DNA from: the human T2T-CHM13v2.0 reference genome, Homo sapiens
Length of the DNA stretch: 64,000 bases
Direction: 5' to 3' (one strand)
Assembly (NCBI RefSeq): GCF_009914755.1
Contig: NC_060935.1
Shown here: positions 28,841 to 54,051 of the stretch, piece by piece
Layout: every line of letters starts with the position of its first letter
Position numbering within the stretch: the first letter of the stretch is position 1
Position numbers and translations under genes: made by a program
The notes under the pieces: model-generated
Database searches by the model: none
Told to the model about the DNA's origin: nothing
The model's input: only the letters and a program-made list of their open reading frames with translations

Positions 28841-29494
28841 TTAGTCTGGGCAACAAAAGCGAAACTCCACCTCAAAAAAAAAAAAAAAAAAAAGAAAGAA
28901 AGAAAATGCTGTATATTCAAAGATAGGAAAATCTGACTAGATTAGAAATTTAAAATGCTATAAACAGTGATTTGGATTATCGTTATAGACCACTTTATAC
29001 ATGCTGACATATTTGTATTTTCAAGAAGTTTGAATATGTCAGTGGACGTCTCTCTGTGATTGGCAATCCATATGAAGAGCATGAATTGTAATCAATTGAA
29101 CCTTTATAGAACTCCAAGAGAGGAGAAGATAGCAAAATAAAGGAGACATTCCTGACCTCAAGAAGTAAAGGAACACAGCCATAAAAGGAAATTAGGGCTG
29201 GGCACGGTGGTTCATGCCCGTAATCCCAGCACTTTGGGAGGCCGAGGCGGGCAGATCACCTGAGGTCAGGAGTTTGAGACCAGCCTGGCCAAAATGGTGA
29301 AACCCCATCTCTACTAAAAATACAAAATTAGCCAGGCTAGGTGGCTCATGCCTGTAGTCCCAGCTACTCAGGAGGCTGAGGCAGCTTGAACCCGGGAGGC
29401 GGAGGTTACAGTGAGCCGAGATCGCGCCACTGCACTCCAGTCTAGGCGACAAGAGCGAAACTCCATCTCAAAAAAAAAAAAAAGAAAAAAAAAA

Positions 29495-31895
<2,401 letters not shown>

Positions 31896-34189
31896 TGAGC
31901 CACTGCGCCCAGCCAATTTTGTGTTTTTAACCACAATTTTAAAATGTAGGCCAGGCTCAGTGGCTCACATCTGTAATCCGAAGTTCAAAACCAGCCTGGG
32001 CAAAACAGTGACACCCTGTCTCTACAAAAACAAACAAACAAAAAAAAACACCGGGTACGGTGGCTTACACCTATAATCCTAGTACTTTGGGAGGCTGAGG
32101 TGAGCAGATCACCTGAGGTCAGGAGTTCTAGATCGGCCTGGCCAACATGGTGAAACCCCATCTCTACTAAAAATACAAAAACCCTCTGGGCGCAGTGGTG
32201 GGCACCTGTAATCACAGCTACTCGGGAGGCTGAGGCAGGAGAACTGCTTGAGCCCGGGGGACAGGGTGTGCAGTGAGCACTCCAGTATGGTTGACAGAGC
32301 AAGACTCCATGGCGGGGTTGGGGGGGACCGGACCCACATCACAAAACTGTGACTAAGATAAGCCTATTTTGGGAAGATAGGCATTTCTATAGCATATGAA
32401 AAGGATGGGCAAGATAAAGACCCAATATTTAACAATCATCTCTGAGTGGTGGCACTATGGGTGAGTTTCTTCATTTTTTGACTTACCTGTTTTTTTTTTA
32501 TAGTGAATCTGTAACTTCTGTATTAAGAAAAATACACGGAAGTCTTTAGAAAAAAATCATTTTGGCTAAAAACTTCACTGTCTGCCTATTACATCATGGG
32601 TATTTCACCATGTTACTGAAGCTGAACTAATACCATGTGAGACAGATGCTGTTTCTTTCATTTTGCAGGTGCGAATAAACTGAGGAGCAGAACAGTTGAG
32701 TGACTTGCCAAGGTTGTGTAACCAGTAAATGACAGAGCAAGCATTACAATCCAGGCCTAGTTCTAACTTCAATTCAGGGTCCTTTCCCATTTCATTACAC
32801 CTCAAAGGGAAGATTGCATTATTACTCGTGATATTGTTTAAAAAAAAAAAAACATAACCTTGGGCAAGTAAGTCACTTAATTTCTAGGGCCCTCAGTTTC
32901 CTCATCCAAAAAGTGAAGGGGTTCTAGAAAAGATATTCCATCTCTAACAGCCCCTCTTGCTACCAGATCTTAAGTCTAGATAGCACAATCTCTAAAGAAA
33001 ACCCTGGGTTTTCTTTAAAGGGGTCAGAATGAATGGTTGAATAGAAGTTGAGGCCTGTGATCTGGGCCAAAGGCCATTCTTAATGGAAACAGGTGGTGGA
33101 CTGTCATGAGGAAAGAACCACTAGGGGAACCATAACCTTCCTGGTTAAAGCAACAACTGAAAGCTCCAGCTTTGCTTTACCAACAGTGCTGCTTCAATCT
33201 TGGCTAACTCATGATCAGAAACCACATACTAGGTAAGTAAAGCCTGAAGAATATAAAAATTAACATGAGAAGAAAATCACTGTAGCAACAGTTTGTGCAT
33301 GCTATTGTAATTCCATGATTTTCTAAGTGGACTCTTTAATGCTAAAACAGAAAGGGTGATTCTATATTGAGACGCCTTCATTCTCACCAAGGATTAATAG
33401 AGAGGCTGAAACTTCCAAAGCGCTTGGAGAGAAGCTACACTTGTGGGCAAGGGGAAAGCATCCAATTAAAGCCTTCCCAATTCATGGGTAATCAAAGACA
33501 GTGAAAAGAACTTTAAAAGGTGAAGTTCCGGGCGGGGGCGGTGGCTCACGCCTGTAATCCCCAGCACTCTGGGAGGTCGAGGCGGGTGGATCACCCGAGG
33601 TCAGGAGTTCGAGACCATCCAGCCTGATCAACATGGTGAAACCCCGTCTATACTAAAAATACGAAAATTAGCCAGGCCTGGTGGCACATGCCTGTAATCC
33701 CAGCTACTTGGGAGGCTGAGGCAGGAGAATTGCTTGAACCTGGGGAGGTTGCAGTGAGCCGAGATAGCGCCACTGCACTCCAGCCTAAGCAACAAGAGCG
33801 AAACTCCGTCTTAAAAAAAAAAAAAAAAAAGATGAAGTTCTTGTAAAAGATTCATTATTTGTAACCTCTTACACTGCACACATTATAAAGCATTTCATGC
33901 TCTTTAAAACTGTTATACAGCCTTTTTACTCGAAGGTAATAAACCTACAGCTCTCTCCTGGCGAGAAAGAGATTCCATTTTGCGGAAACAGATTCCAGTC
34001 AAAATCTTACCACATTCCCCTCAACTATGGGTATGAGCCTAAACCAATGAGAAGCTCCTTGGTGCATGTGTAATGGTCTCCAAGAATTACAACAACATCC
34101 TACCCGGAGGACCACAACCACGACACCACTGGCTTTAAAATCAAAGCCTGGTCCCTAGCGAAGAAAGCGCTTTAATGTGCTCCTCCCGC

Positions 34190-35260
34190 TCCCGGGTGCG
34201 AGATTCCTGCCCAGCTACTAGGCCACGACTGGGTGAGCACCTGATGTGGGGGGAGGGCGAGCCAAGGCCGTAGCGGATCTGGGGCGAGGAACGAGGGGCT
34301 CTCGAGGCTCGGGAAAAGCGCTGCCTTCTAGGGGCGCGGACCCTTCGGCACCCACAGGAGTGGACACTAAGAACACGTGAGACGACAGGGGCAGAGATGG
34401 GGTGTCCCGGGCAGGTAGCCTGGGTCCAGCACGGCAGCCAGAAAGACGAGGAAAACGGAGCTGGCCCTGGGCAGGGCACGAGGCCTCTGAGCCTAGAGAG
34501 TGAAGGTAAAGGGCGCGGGGAGAGGAAGCAAAGCCACGAGGAGGGCGGGTCTCCCTGGGCGCGGGGGCACGCGCTGGGCAAACGCGACAGGACCCGGGGA
34601 GCCGGGGACCCCGACATGCAGGAGGAGATCGCAGCCCTACCCCAGGACGCAGGGAACGAGAAGAGGCCGCGCCCGGAGGGCCCTGTGACCCGCGGCCTCC
34701 CTAACCGGACCCGCCCCGCGGCGCCTCCCTCTTGCCTTTTTTCCCCTCCCTCCCTCCCGCGGCCCGTTATCCTGCGGCCGCAGCACTCACCAGCGGCTGC
34801 ACCTGAGCCTGCCGCTGCCTCAGTTGCTGCCTGCGCCTCCGCAGCCGCCGCCGCCGCCTCGCTGCTGAGGCCGAATCCCGGGGGAGCCTCCGCGTCCCGC
34901 CGCCGCTGCCGCTGCCGCCAGAGCAGAACACCCCAAAATGGCGGCACTTCCGGCACCTACCACCGGCGGGGAGGGCAGAGGAGGAGGGGGAGCGCGGCGA
35001 GGGGGAACGTATCACCGCGGCGCCGCCCGCAGCGCCGATGCGAGCGGAGCGCGGCGTAGGGGCGGGCCGAGCGCCGGGCGCTGCAGCGCCCCCTCGGGCT
35101 GGGAAGTGGAGGAGCAGCCGCACCTAAGCCCCTGGGGCCGCGGGCGGAGCCCTCAACCTAGGGAGCTGCAGGGGCGCATCTCTTTGTCTCCGATCCCTAC
35201 TGGAGGGAAGAGCCAGGCCTGGGAATCTGAAGTTCTCGACTCCGCCCATCGCACCCACAG
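34190..35260. promoter_or_regulatory. CpG island promoter of CELF1 with abutting YY1 (AAAATGGCGGC, 34935-34945) and ETS/GABP (CACTTCCGG, 34945-34953) motifs and GC boxes
   Basis: Very high GC and CpG density against CpG-depleted flanks. Motifs were read directly from the sequence. Confidence 0.85.
34791..34940 (-). other. CELF1: CELF1 non-coding first exon (5' UTR); TSS position approximate
   Basis: The minus strand reads ...GCAGCCGCTG|GTGAGT, a consensus donor at 34790. The exon is GC-rich, has no ATG, contains (GGC)5 and lies in a CpG island. Identity is inferred from the known gene order upstream of PTPMT1. Confidence 0.8.
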
Positions 35261-36457
35261 GAGCTCTAGATGACCCTGGTGGGCAAGGAGGCACCCCTAC
35301 TGGGCACTGAATAGGAGCATAATAAGATATTTGTTGAATAAATGGATGAGTGAGTGACTGGTGCTTGGCCAGCGTTGGGCACATGGCACGCCCCTTTTTG
35401 CCCCAGCAGACAAGCAACAGCATCCAGGCCTTCCTTCTTTGCTGGGATGTGAATATGTGTGTTCCAAGTGCAGGGAGTGCTTTTTAGCAAGATAATCAGT
35501 GTGAACGCACAACCTGGCAACGATCGCTGCGACATAAGGAAGTTCACAAAGATTCTATTAAGAGACCGATTGCCCAGCCATAACCTGCTTTTACCGAAAA
35601 AAATATATATATATATATATTTTTTTCTTAACTCAGGTTAGGTCTCTAAAGACTTCCTCCTGAGTTACTCTGGAATCCCTGGGTCTAGATGGAACGCAAG
35701 CAGTACAATTTGTTGTTGTTGTTGTTGTTGTTTAAGCCAACATTTATTCCTAGGTTCCAGACCTTGTGAGGCAGTTAAATGCAGATTAAGAAAGAAAACT
35801 TTGTTCTGGAAGCTTTTGGCCCCATCAACATGCAAATAACTCATGGGATGGTTTCTCTCTAACATCATCTGGCTTCCCAGAGAATATAATTTTTATACCC
35901 ACAAATACTGATTATATCCTACCTTACCACAAACAACAAGTGGGCTTCCAAGCAGAAGCCTCAAGGGTTTTCCTCTTTCGCCTTTGGGGGGGAAAAAAAC
36001 TAACCACAGTTTTTCTGGTACCATATAGTCCTTAAATTGTACATGATCATATTCCCTAATTGTACTGGGTAGTTTTATATACATTCATAATGCTGATATA
36101 TGATCTTGTTCTTGTTAATAGTTTTATGTGTAGTTGACTGAAAACATCCTATATTTATAGACCATTATAGCTTACAGAATGTTGTCACAAATATTACCAT
36201 ATATTTGCTGCTATAGGTTGTAGAAATGTTTCAAGCAGAGAGTCTGTCTCCTTTTGTGCTCCATAGAATCATGTGGATATCCACATGGCTCACTTCCTCA
36301 CCTCCTTCAGACTTTGACTTAAGTGTCACCTTCTCAGTCCAGTCTTCCCTAAGCACTCTATTTTACACTGCTTGCATGCATGGCATGTGCACACACACAC
36401 ACACCCATGCTTTCAATCCCACTTTCATTTTTATCCAAAACATTTATCATTATCTAA

Positions 36458-36802
<345 letters not shown>

Positions 36803-37638
36803 TGACAGTAGCCCAGAAGGTAAACCAAAGGTAAACTTCATGAGGATAGAGGTTTTGTCTGTTTTATTTCACTGCTCTATCCTCAGGGCCTTGATAATGC
36901 CTAATCCATAGTACATGCTCAATAAATATTGTTGACTTACTGAATAGGTATATCTAGGTGCCAGATATGGAAAACAAAATGTTCAGCCTTTAGAAGCTTC
37001 TTGGAACCTGCCCATGAGCTAAATAAGGAAAGGCACCATGCCCGTCTTATTATATCTCCAGTGCTTTTCACAATATCTGACTCAATAGATATTTCTTGAA
37101 GAGCAAACAGAAACTCTTCCATGCCCATCTTGTTATTCTCCTAATATCTCCATTGCTTTTCACTGTATCTAACTCGATAGAAACTTCTTGAAGAGCAACC
37201 AGAAGCTTTTTCCTATTCTATCTGTGCCTTGACTTAGGGCTCCCATTTGCAAGGGAGGAACTTGTAAGGTATTAATATCACTCTTGCATTTAGTTACCAA
37301 GGAAGGCCACAGACTGTTAGCCCAAGGTTGGGGGGAAGAACAATTACATGAAGAACACAAATAGATCTTGTAACTTCAAAGGGTTTCAGCAACATAGACA
37401 AAATGCTAAACAGTCCAAATACAAAAAAAGCCTAGTGTGAGATTTAAGAGTATGTAAAGCTTCCTGTTTCATGTTTTGCCTTACAAATAGATTAAGATTT
37501 ATTTTTTTTAAAAAATAGCCAATGTCGGCCAGGCGCGGTAGCTCATGCCTGTAATCCTAGCACTTTGGGAGGCCGAGGCAGATGGATCACCTGAGGTCAG
37601 GAGTTCAAGACCAACCTGGTGAAACCCTGTTTCTACTA

Positions 37639-37827
<189 letters not shown>

Positions 37828-38670
37828 TTAGTAAGAGTGCAGAGAAATAGCCTTCTCCAAGTGGTGATGGGAGTAAAGTTCAGATAATCTGCCTAGAGGA
37901 ATCTAAACTTTTACATACCTTTCTAGGAATTTATCCTAAGGGAATATTCATGGATAATGGCAGAGATTGTAACATTTTTTATTTTTTTAATTTTACTTTT
38001 CTAGACACAGGGTCTTGCTCTGTCACCCAGCCTGGAGTGTAGTAGTGCTATCATAGTTCACAGCAACCTTGAACTCCTGGGTTCATGAGATCCTTCCACC
38101 AGAACCTTGTGAGTAGCTGAGATCACAGGTGTGTGCCACCATGTCCAACTAATTTTTTTTCTTTTGTAGAGACAGGGGTCTCACTATGTTGCCCAGGCTG
38201 ATCTCAAACTCCTGAGCTCAAGCAACCCTCCCCACTCGGCCTTCCGAAGTTTTGGGATTACAGGTGCGAGCCATGACACCTGACCATAACATTGTTTAAA
38301 CAGCATAAAATTTGATACAAAATGAGATTGATAAATTATGGTTCATTCATAGCCATATAATAATAGATAAATATAGAGGAAATGATGATAGCCAGGCATG
38401 ATGGCATACTCCCATAATCCCAGCTACCCTGGAGGCCAAGGCAGGAGGACTGTTTGAGGCCAGGAATTCAAAACCAGCCCAGGCAACATAACAAGACACC
38501 ATCTCCATATAAATAAAAAATTTAAAAATGTTAGCCTGGCATGGTGGCATGTACATCTGCAGTTCCAACTACTTAAGAAGCTGAGGTAGGAGGATCCCTT
38601 CAGCCCAGGAGTTCCAGGTTGCAGTGAGCTATGATCACGACACTGCACTCCAGCCTAGGCATCAGAGTAA

Positions 38671-39616
<946 letters not shown>

Positions 39617-39645
39617 CTATTTTTCTTTTTAAAGAGACAGGGTCA

Positions 39646-40247
<602 letters not shown>

Positions 40248-40288
40248 CCTTGTCTCTAAAAGAAAAAAAGAAAACTCTTTTTTTTTGA

Positions 40289-40489
<201 letters not shown>

Positions 40490-40827
40490 TGAACTCCTAA
40501 CCTCAGGTGATCTGCCCGCCTCAGCCTCCGAAAGTGTTGGGATTATAGGCGTGAGCCACCGCGCATGGCCGGAAAGAAAACTCTTAAGGCCTGGTTACAT
40601 TCAGGCGGTGCTGCGAGCGTCACACTGCATCACATCTGGAGGCCTATAGCCTATGATGTCAAGTTGTCTGTCCTGCTTTTACTGACACAGACTCATCAGT
40701 GGTTGAGGTGGCCCGAGCCTGATCCCTCTATGGTCAAATTTCCTATGAGTGTTTTATATATATAATCAGAAAATCTGCATTTTGGTAAAATAATGGATCT
40801 AGTCAATAGCCATCAATGGATAAAAGC

Positions 40828-41520
40828 ATTAGATGAAACCCTCATATATATATTATATATATATATAATATATTAGATGAAACCCTCATATATATATTAT
40901 ATATTTAATATATTATATTATATAAATAATATATGTATATGTATATATTTATATATTTATATTATATATATTTATATATAATATATAAATATATATATAT
41001 TTATATATTATATATGTATAAAATATGTGCAATATAATATATAATATAATGTGTAATATATTAGATATAATATATTACATAATATAATATGTAATATATT
41101 ATATATAATATATGTCATAATATATAATATTATGACATATATTATATATAATTGTATATATAATATATATAATATATATAATTGTATATATAATATATAT
41201 ATAATATATATTGCAGCCAATAATATATATATTGCAGCCAATATATATTGCAGCCAATAATATATATATACAATATAATATAATGTATATATAATATATA
41301 ATTGTAGTCCCAGCTACAATATATAACACATAATATATTGTATATAATGCGGTATGTAATATATTACATATAATATGTAATATATTATATATGTTATATA
41401 TAGTAATATATGTTATACATAATATATGTTATATATAATATATAATATGTTACATATAATAATATAATATGTTATATATAATAATATAATATATAATAAT
41501 ATAATATATATTATATATGT
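40828..41520. repeat. About 700-bp AT-rich (TA)n-derived low-complexity tract with internal duplications and palindromes
   Basis: Read directly. It abuts the tail of the minus-strand Alu starting at 41521. Confidence 0.95.
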
Positions 41521-41529
41521 ATTTTTTGA

Positions 41530-41637
<108 letters not shown>

Positions 41638-42196
41638 TAGCTGGGACTACAGGCACGCAGACTACAGATGGGGTTTCACCATGTTGGCCAGGATGGTTTC
41701 CATCTCCAGATCTTGTGATCTGCCCGCCTCAGGCTTCCAAAGTGCTGGGATTATAGGCATGAGCCACTTCGCCTGGCCTTTTTTTTTTTTGTGAGACAAG
41801 GTCTCACTCTGTGGCCAGGCTGGAATGCAGTGGCACAGCTTGCTCACTTTAGCCTTGATTTCTTAGGCTCAGGTGATCCTACCATCTCAGCCTCCCAAGT
41901 AGCTGGGACTACAGGCACGTGCCACCATGCCCAGGTAATTTTTTATAGAGCTGGGGTCTCACTCTGTTGCCCAGGCTGATCTTAAACTCCTGGGCTCAAG
42001 CGATCATCCCACCTCAGGTAGATGTGAACCATGGCACCCGGCCTATGTAACTTTTTGAAAAGAATAAAGTAAATCTACCTCTATTGCACCGACAATATAA
42101 TATTCACAGATATCACTGAGTGAAAAAAGCAGAGGCCGGGCGCAGTGGCCCATGCCTGTAATCCTAGCACTTTGGGAGGCTGCGGCGGGCAGATCA

Positions 42197-42700
<504 letters not shown>

Positions 42701-43364
42701 TCAATAAAAAAAAGAACAGAAAAGGCCAGAGGCATGAGAATCGCCTGAACCCAGGAGGTGGAGGTTTTAGTGAGTGGAGGATGCGCCACTGCACTCCAGC
42801 CTGGGTGACAGAGTGAGACTGTCTCAAAAACAAAAAACAAAACATTTCATCTATATGGTTATAATGATCTTTATCAATATGTGTACATGAATATACAAAG
42901 ACCACATGTTGTATGAATCCATGTATATGAAATGTTTGGAATAGGCAGATCCACTGAGACAGAAAGTCGATTCGTGGTTGTCAGGGAATGAGGGAATGGG
43001 GAGTGATTGCTAATGGGTATAGGATTTCTTTTTGGGATGATGAAATGCTCTAAAATTAGATATTGGTGATAGTTGTGCAACCCTGTGAGTATATTAACAA
43101 ACACTGAATTGTATAGTTAGGAGGGTGACAAGGCATATGCATTATACCTCAATAAAGCTGTTCCCAAAAATAATGTTAACATTGGAGGGGGGTGGGCATA
43201 ATGGACTCTCAGTACTATTTTTAAAACCTTTCTGTGCATCTAAATTATTCCACATTTAAAAGTTTATTCTGGCTGGGCGCAGTGGCTCACGCCTGTAAGC
43301 CCAGCACTTTGGGAGTCCGAGGCGGACAGATCACGAGGTCAGGAGATCGAGACCATCCTGGCTA

Positions 43365-44041
<677 letters not shown>

Positions 44042-44450
44042 TTAAACACTGTACTACCCTATGACCTAACAATTCCATGATTAGTCAAATATACAAGAGA
44101 AATGAAAACCTATGTCCGTAAGTTGTATGCAAATGTTCCCAGCAGCATTGTTCAAAATAGCCAAAAGTGGAAACAACTCAAATGTTCATAAACTGATAAA
44201 TGGAGAAAAACATGTGGTCTGTCCATACATTGAAATATTATTTGGCAATAAAAAGAAGGACAGTCCTGATACTTGCTACAACATGGACGAACCTTGAAAA
44301 CATTCTAAGCATAAGACAGGTATCAACACACAAGTGATATCTATTAAGAAAAAAAAAAAGCTGGGCGCAGTGGCTCACACCTGTAATCCCAGCACTTTGG
44401 GAGGCCGAGGCAGGCTGATCACCTGAGGTCGGGAGTTCGAGACCAGGCTA

Positions 44451-44941
<491 letters not shown>

Positions 44942-45087
44942 TCAAAAAAAAAAAAAAAAAAAAAGCAGCCAGATACAAAGAACACATATTGTATGACTCC
45001 ATTTATTTGAAATACCCTAGGCTGGATGCAGTGGTTCAGACCTGTAATCCCAGTACTTTGGGAGGCCAAATCAGGAGGATTGTTTGA

Positions 45088-45300
<213 letters not shown>

Positions 45301-45787
45301 TAGTAGAGACGGGGTTTCACCATGTTGGCCAGGCTGGTCTCAAACTCCTGACCTCAGGTGATCTGCCTGCCTCTGCCTCCGCCTCCCAAAGTGCTGGGAT
45401 TACAGGTGTGAGCCACTGTGCCCAGTCCCGAGATCAGTTTGGGCAACATAGTGAGACCCCATTGCTACAAATAATAAAAAATTAGCCAGGTATCGTGGCA
45501 CACGTCTGTAGTCTCAACTCCTTGGGAGGCTGAGGTAGGAGGACTGCTTGCACCCAAAAGGTCGGGGCTACAGTGAGTCATGATCACGCTGCCACTGCAC
45601 TCTAGCCTGGGTGACAGTGAGACCCTGTTTCCTAGAAAAAAAAAAAAGAAAAGTAAAAAGAAGAAATGCCCTCAACATGCTAAACATGTAAATCTATACA
45701 GTCAGAAAGCAGGTTAGTAGTGTTTGCCTAAGGCTGGAGGATGATTGGGAGAAAATGGTGAGTCTCTGCTAATGGATAAGGGGCTTA

Positions 45788-46418
<631 letters not shown>

Positions 46419-46633
46419 TTAAAAACAAACAAACAAACAAAATCTCCACCAGATGCTTGGGCCGGGCGTGTGGCTCATGCCTGTAATCCCAACACTTTGG
46501 GAGGCTGAGGCTGGCAGATCACCATAGGTCAGGAGTTCAAGACTAGCCTGGCCAACATGGTGAAACCCCATCTCTACTAAAAATACAAAAAAAAAAAAAA
46601 AAAAAAAAAAAGAAAGCCGGGCGCGGTGGCTCA

Positions 46634-46958
<325 letters not shown>

Positions 46959-47010
46959 TCATGCCTGTAATGCCAGCACTTTGGGAGGCTGAGGTGGGCG
47001 GATCACCTTA

Positions 47011-47405
<395 letters not shown>

Positions 47406-48048
47406 CTAGGACAGGGGAGGGGAGGAGGAAGGCGACCTCAACCCAGGACCCCTGTTCACCCTGGGATCAGGCCCTCACCCAGGTAGCTCCTCTGTTTGAA
47501 AGCTCTAAGCCCTTCCACTGTCCTCTTCAGGGCTACCCCGCCACACAGCCTCTCCTTGTCTTGTCTTCCCTTTGGCGGGGTCACACCCGCACCTGGGGTC
47601 ACTGCCCCCTTCCTCTGGTCGAGGGTTGGGGGGAGTGTCCCCTCCTCCCTCGGCCGGAGTCACAGTTCCACACGCAGGGGTCCTTCCTGCCCCTCTCACC
47701 TGGGGTCACAACCCCCCTCCCTCGGAGGAGGGAGGTCACCGGCCACAGGCGGGGGCCTCAGTTTCCCACGCTACAGGGCTCACACGTGTCTGGCCTGCGA
47801 CGCGCTCTCCCTTCGCCGGGGTCCCAGTTTCCCGCCCAGGAGACCTCGGTCCCTCCTCCGAGGCCGCCGGGCCCTCCTCCAGAGTCCCGCCAGTCCCCCA
47901 GAGTCCAGGCCAGTCCCCGCCGTCACCCGGTGCGAGCCCGCGAGAGGCCTAGTGCAGCTGGCAGCCCCGCCCCGGCACCCGCCTGCTCTTCTCGCGGGTC
48001 CGGACCGCGAGCGCGGGGGCCGACGGGTCGCCGCTGCGCCGGGCCGGG

Positions 48049-48222
48049 ATGGCGGCCACCGCGCTGCTGGAGGCCGGCCTGGCGCGGGTGCTCTTCTACC
48101 CGACGCTGCTCTACACCCTGTTCCGCGGGAAGGTGCCGGGTCGGGCGCACCGGGACTGGTACCACCGCATCGACCCCACCGTGCTGCTGGGCGCGCTGCC
48201 GTTGCGGAGCTTGACGCGCCAG
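48049..48222 (+). CDS. PTPMT1: PTPMT1 coding exon 1 ([10 protein letters not shown]...SLTRQ), mitochondrial phosphatidylglycerophosphate phosphatase
   Basis: ATG at 48049, 174 nt, donor CAG|GTGAGC. The N-terminus is recognisable as PTPMT1. Confidence 0.97.
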
Positions 48223-48331
48223 GTGAGCCGGGCCGGGGAGCCCGGGCCCCTGCCCCGTCCCCGCCGCTCCGTCCCTGTCGGGCCGCTGGGGTCTCCACCG
48301 TCTTTGCTGAGCCACCTCTTTGCCTCGGCAG

Positions 48332-48412
48332 CTGGTACAGGACGAGAACGTGCGCGGGGTGATCACCATGAACGAGGAGTACGAGACGAGGTTCCTGTGC
48401 AACTCTTCACAG
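48332..48412 (+). CDS. PTPMT1: PTPMT1 coding exon 2 ([27 protein letters not shown])
   Basis: Acceptor cggcag|CTG, 81 nt, donor CAG|GTGAGG, phase 0. Confidence 0.97.
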
Positions 48413-48618
48413 GTGAGGGACCGGGCCGAGGGGCAGGCTCGGGGGCCCGCTCCCCTCGCCCACCGCCCTGAGCCTGGGACGGCTAGAGAAGTGTGGGGGA
48501 GGTCACCATGCACCGGAGCCAGGTGTCTCAAGCTGCTTTGCCTCCGGTCTGTGCCTCTAAATGGCACCTGGAGGTAGGCTAGAAGCTGTGAAAGGCGTTT
48601 ATTTAAAAGTTCAAGTTG

Positions 48619-52631
<4,013 letters not shown>

Positions 52632-53892
52632 GTCTTTCTGGTCCCATTTATAGCAGATTTCCAGAACTTCAATAGCATGGTCTACTGGTGGGCCTTGTTG
52701 GAAGGAGCTGTGTGCTTGATTTCAGGCTGTTGGGAGGTGGTTTGGTATGATGGAAAGCACCTGAGCCTTGTGACAGGGTAACCTGGGGCTCTGCTGCCTG
52801 CCAGTGAGGATCAGCAAAAGTGACTTCTGCCTTATGCAACATGTTTTCTCAAACTAAATGTATTATGAAGTTTAAATAAGAAATTACATCAAGTGCTGGC
52901 CTATAGCGGGCACTCTAAAAACGGAGTTGCAAAAGCCATTCAACCCCAGCAAAAGGCTAGACACTTGTTCTAATACCATGTCAGGAAACAATATCATAGA
53001 TAATAGTGCTGATCATTTTCAGCTTTATAGTACTCAAGTTTCTTCAAGTATTCCAGAGTAAAGTTCTGGATATTAGTTTCTGGAAACAGGCTCCAAACTG
53101 GATTCTGCCTATTAATGTGTCATAATTGGCAGGTGGGATGCTTTAAAAATATTTAGGAGAAACAAATACCCTGTAGTCCATCATCATTTTGTAACCTAAG
53201 TTACAAAATGTCTGGCTCCCACAGAGCATTTTCTAAGTCATGTGAATAGCTAAGTCTGGCCTTGTGTTACTGTGGACTAGTGTGTATATAGTTGAGTAAT
53301 ATTAAAATTTTGGTCATAAGGGCTCTGCTGGAAGCAGGGTCTCAGGAGGGTATTTTGCACCAAGTGAGAATTGAACTAGCAAGTTAGAAATCTGTATTTT
53401 CTTGGTTCTGTTGAGTTCTAAACCAATGAGTATCCTTAGGACATGTTAACCCTCCTATTTAAATTATGAGTTACTTGTTTTTCTAGCCATGGTGACAAGT
53501 TGCATAAAAACATCTATTGCATACTCGTTCCTAGAAATTCTTGTAACCAAAAGCCCAGCTCGGAGAGGACGTGGAGTAGGCTGAGGCAGTCTTGAACTTA
53601 GGATCTCAGCTTCCCATGTGCAACTTCCTTTTTCTAGGATTTGGCAGAGCAAGAATTGGGTAGAAAGACTGACTTTCCACCTGACCTGTTGCATAGTATT
53701 GTGAGACTGGCTGACTGCAGTGGTTACAGTACTCTCCCATTTATAATACAAGCAGCATGATTTTTAATGCCTGCAAAATAGAGTTTCCAAAGAAATGAAA
53801 TCTCAGAGTCCTTTAGCACCTGCTCATGGGTCAAGGGCACCTTGACACCTGCTTCTTTCTTTCTCTGCTGATTTCCCAACCCTGTACTTCAG

Positions 53893-54051
53893 GTGCACAA
53901 ATGGAGTCCAGAGGAGGCTGTAAGAGCCATCGCCAAGATCCGGTCATACATCCACATCAGGCCTGGCCAGCTGGATGTTCTTAAAGAGTTCCACAAGCAG
54001 ATTACTGCACGGGCAACAAAGGATGGGACTTTTGTCATTTCAAAGACATGA
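53893..54051 (+). CDS. PTPMT1: PTPMT1 coding exon 4 (VHKWSPEE...VISKT*)
   Basis: Acceptor cttcag|GTG, TGA at 54049-54051. The four exons sum to 606 nt, which is 201 aa plus stop. Confidence 0.97.
   Translation: MHKWSPEEAVRAIAKIRSYIHIRPGQLDVLKEFHKQITARATKDGTFVISKT

Larger units (their letters stand above)
47570..48560. promoter_or_regulatory. CpG island / promoter of PTPMT1 (probably bidirectional)
   Basis: CpG-dense region spanning PTPMT1 exons 1-2. The start codon sits in a YY1-like GATGGCGGC. Confidence 0.85.

Noticed and set aside
34141-35273. Long ORFs (271, 220, 118, 111 aa) over the CELF1 promoter
   Set aside because: Stop-codon scarcity in a GC-rich CpG island. The products are low-complexity Ala/Arg/Pro/Gly with no domain.
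41008-41329. Ile/Tyr-rich ORFs
   Set aside because: Translation of the (TA)n low-complexity tract.
47496-48567. Overlapping 126-288 aa ORFs around PTPMT1 exon 1
   Set aside because: CpG-island artefacts, mostly with non-ATG starts. Only the ATG at 48049 gives a recognisable protein.
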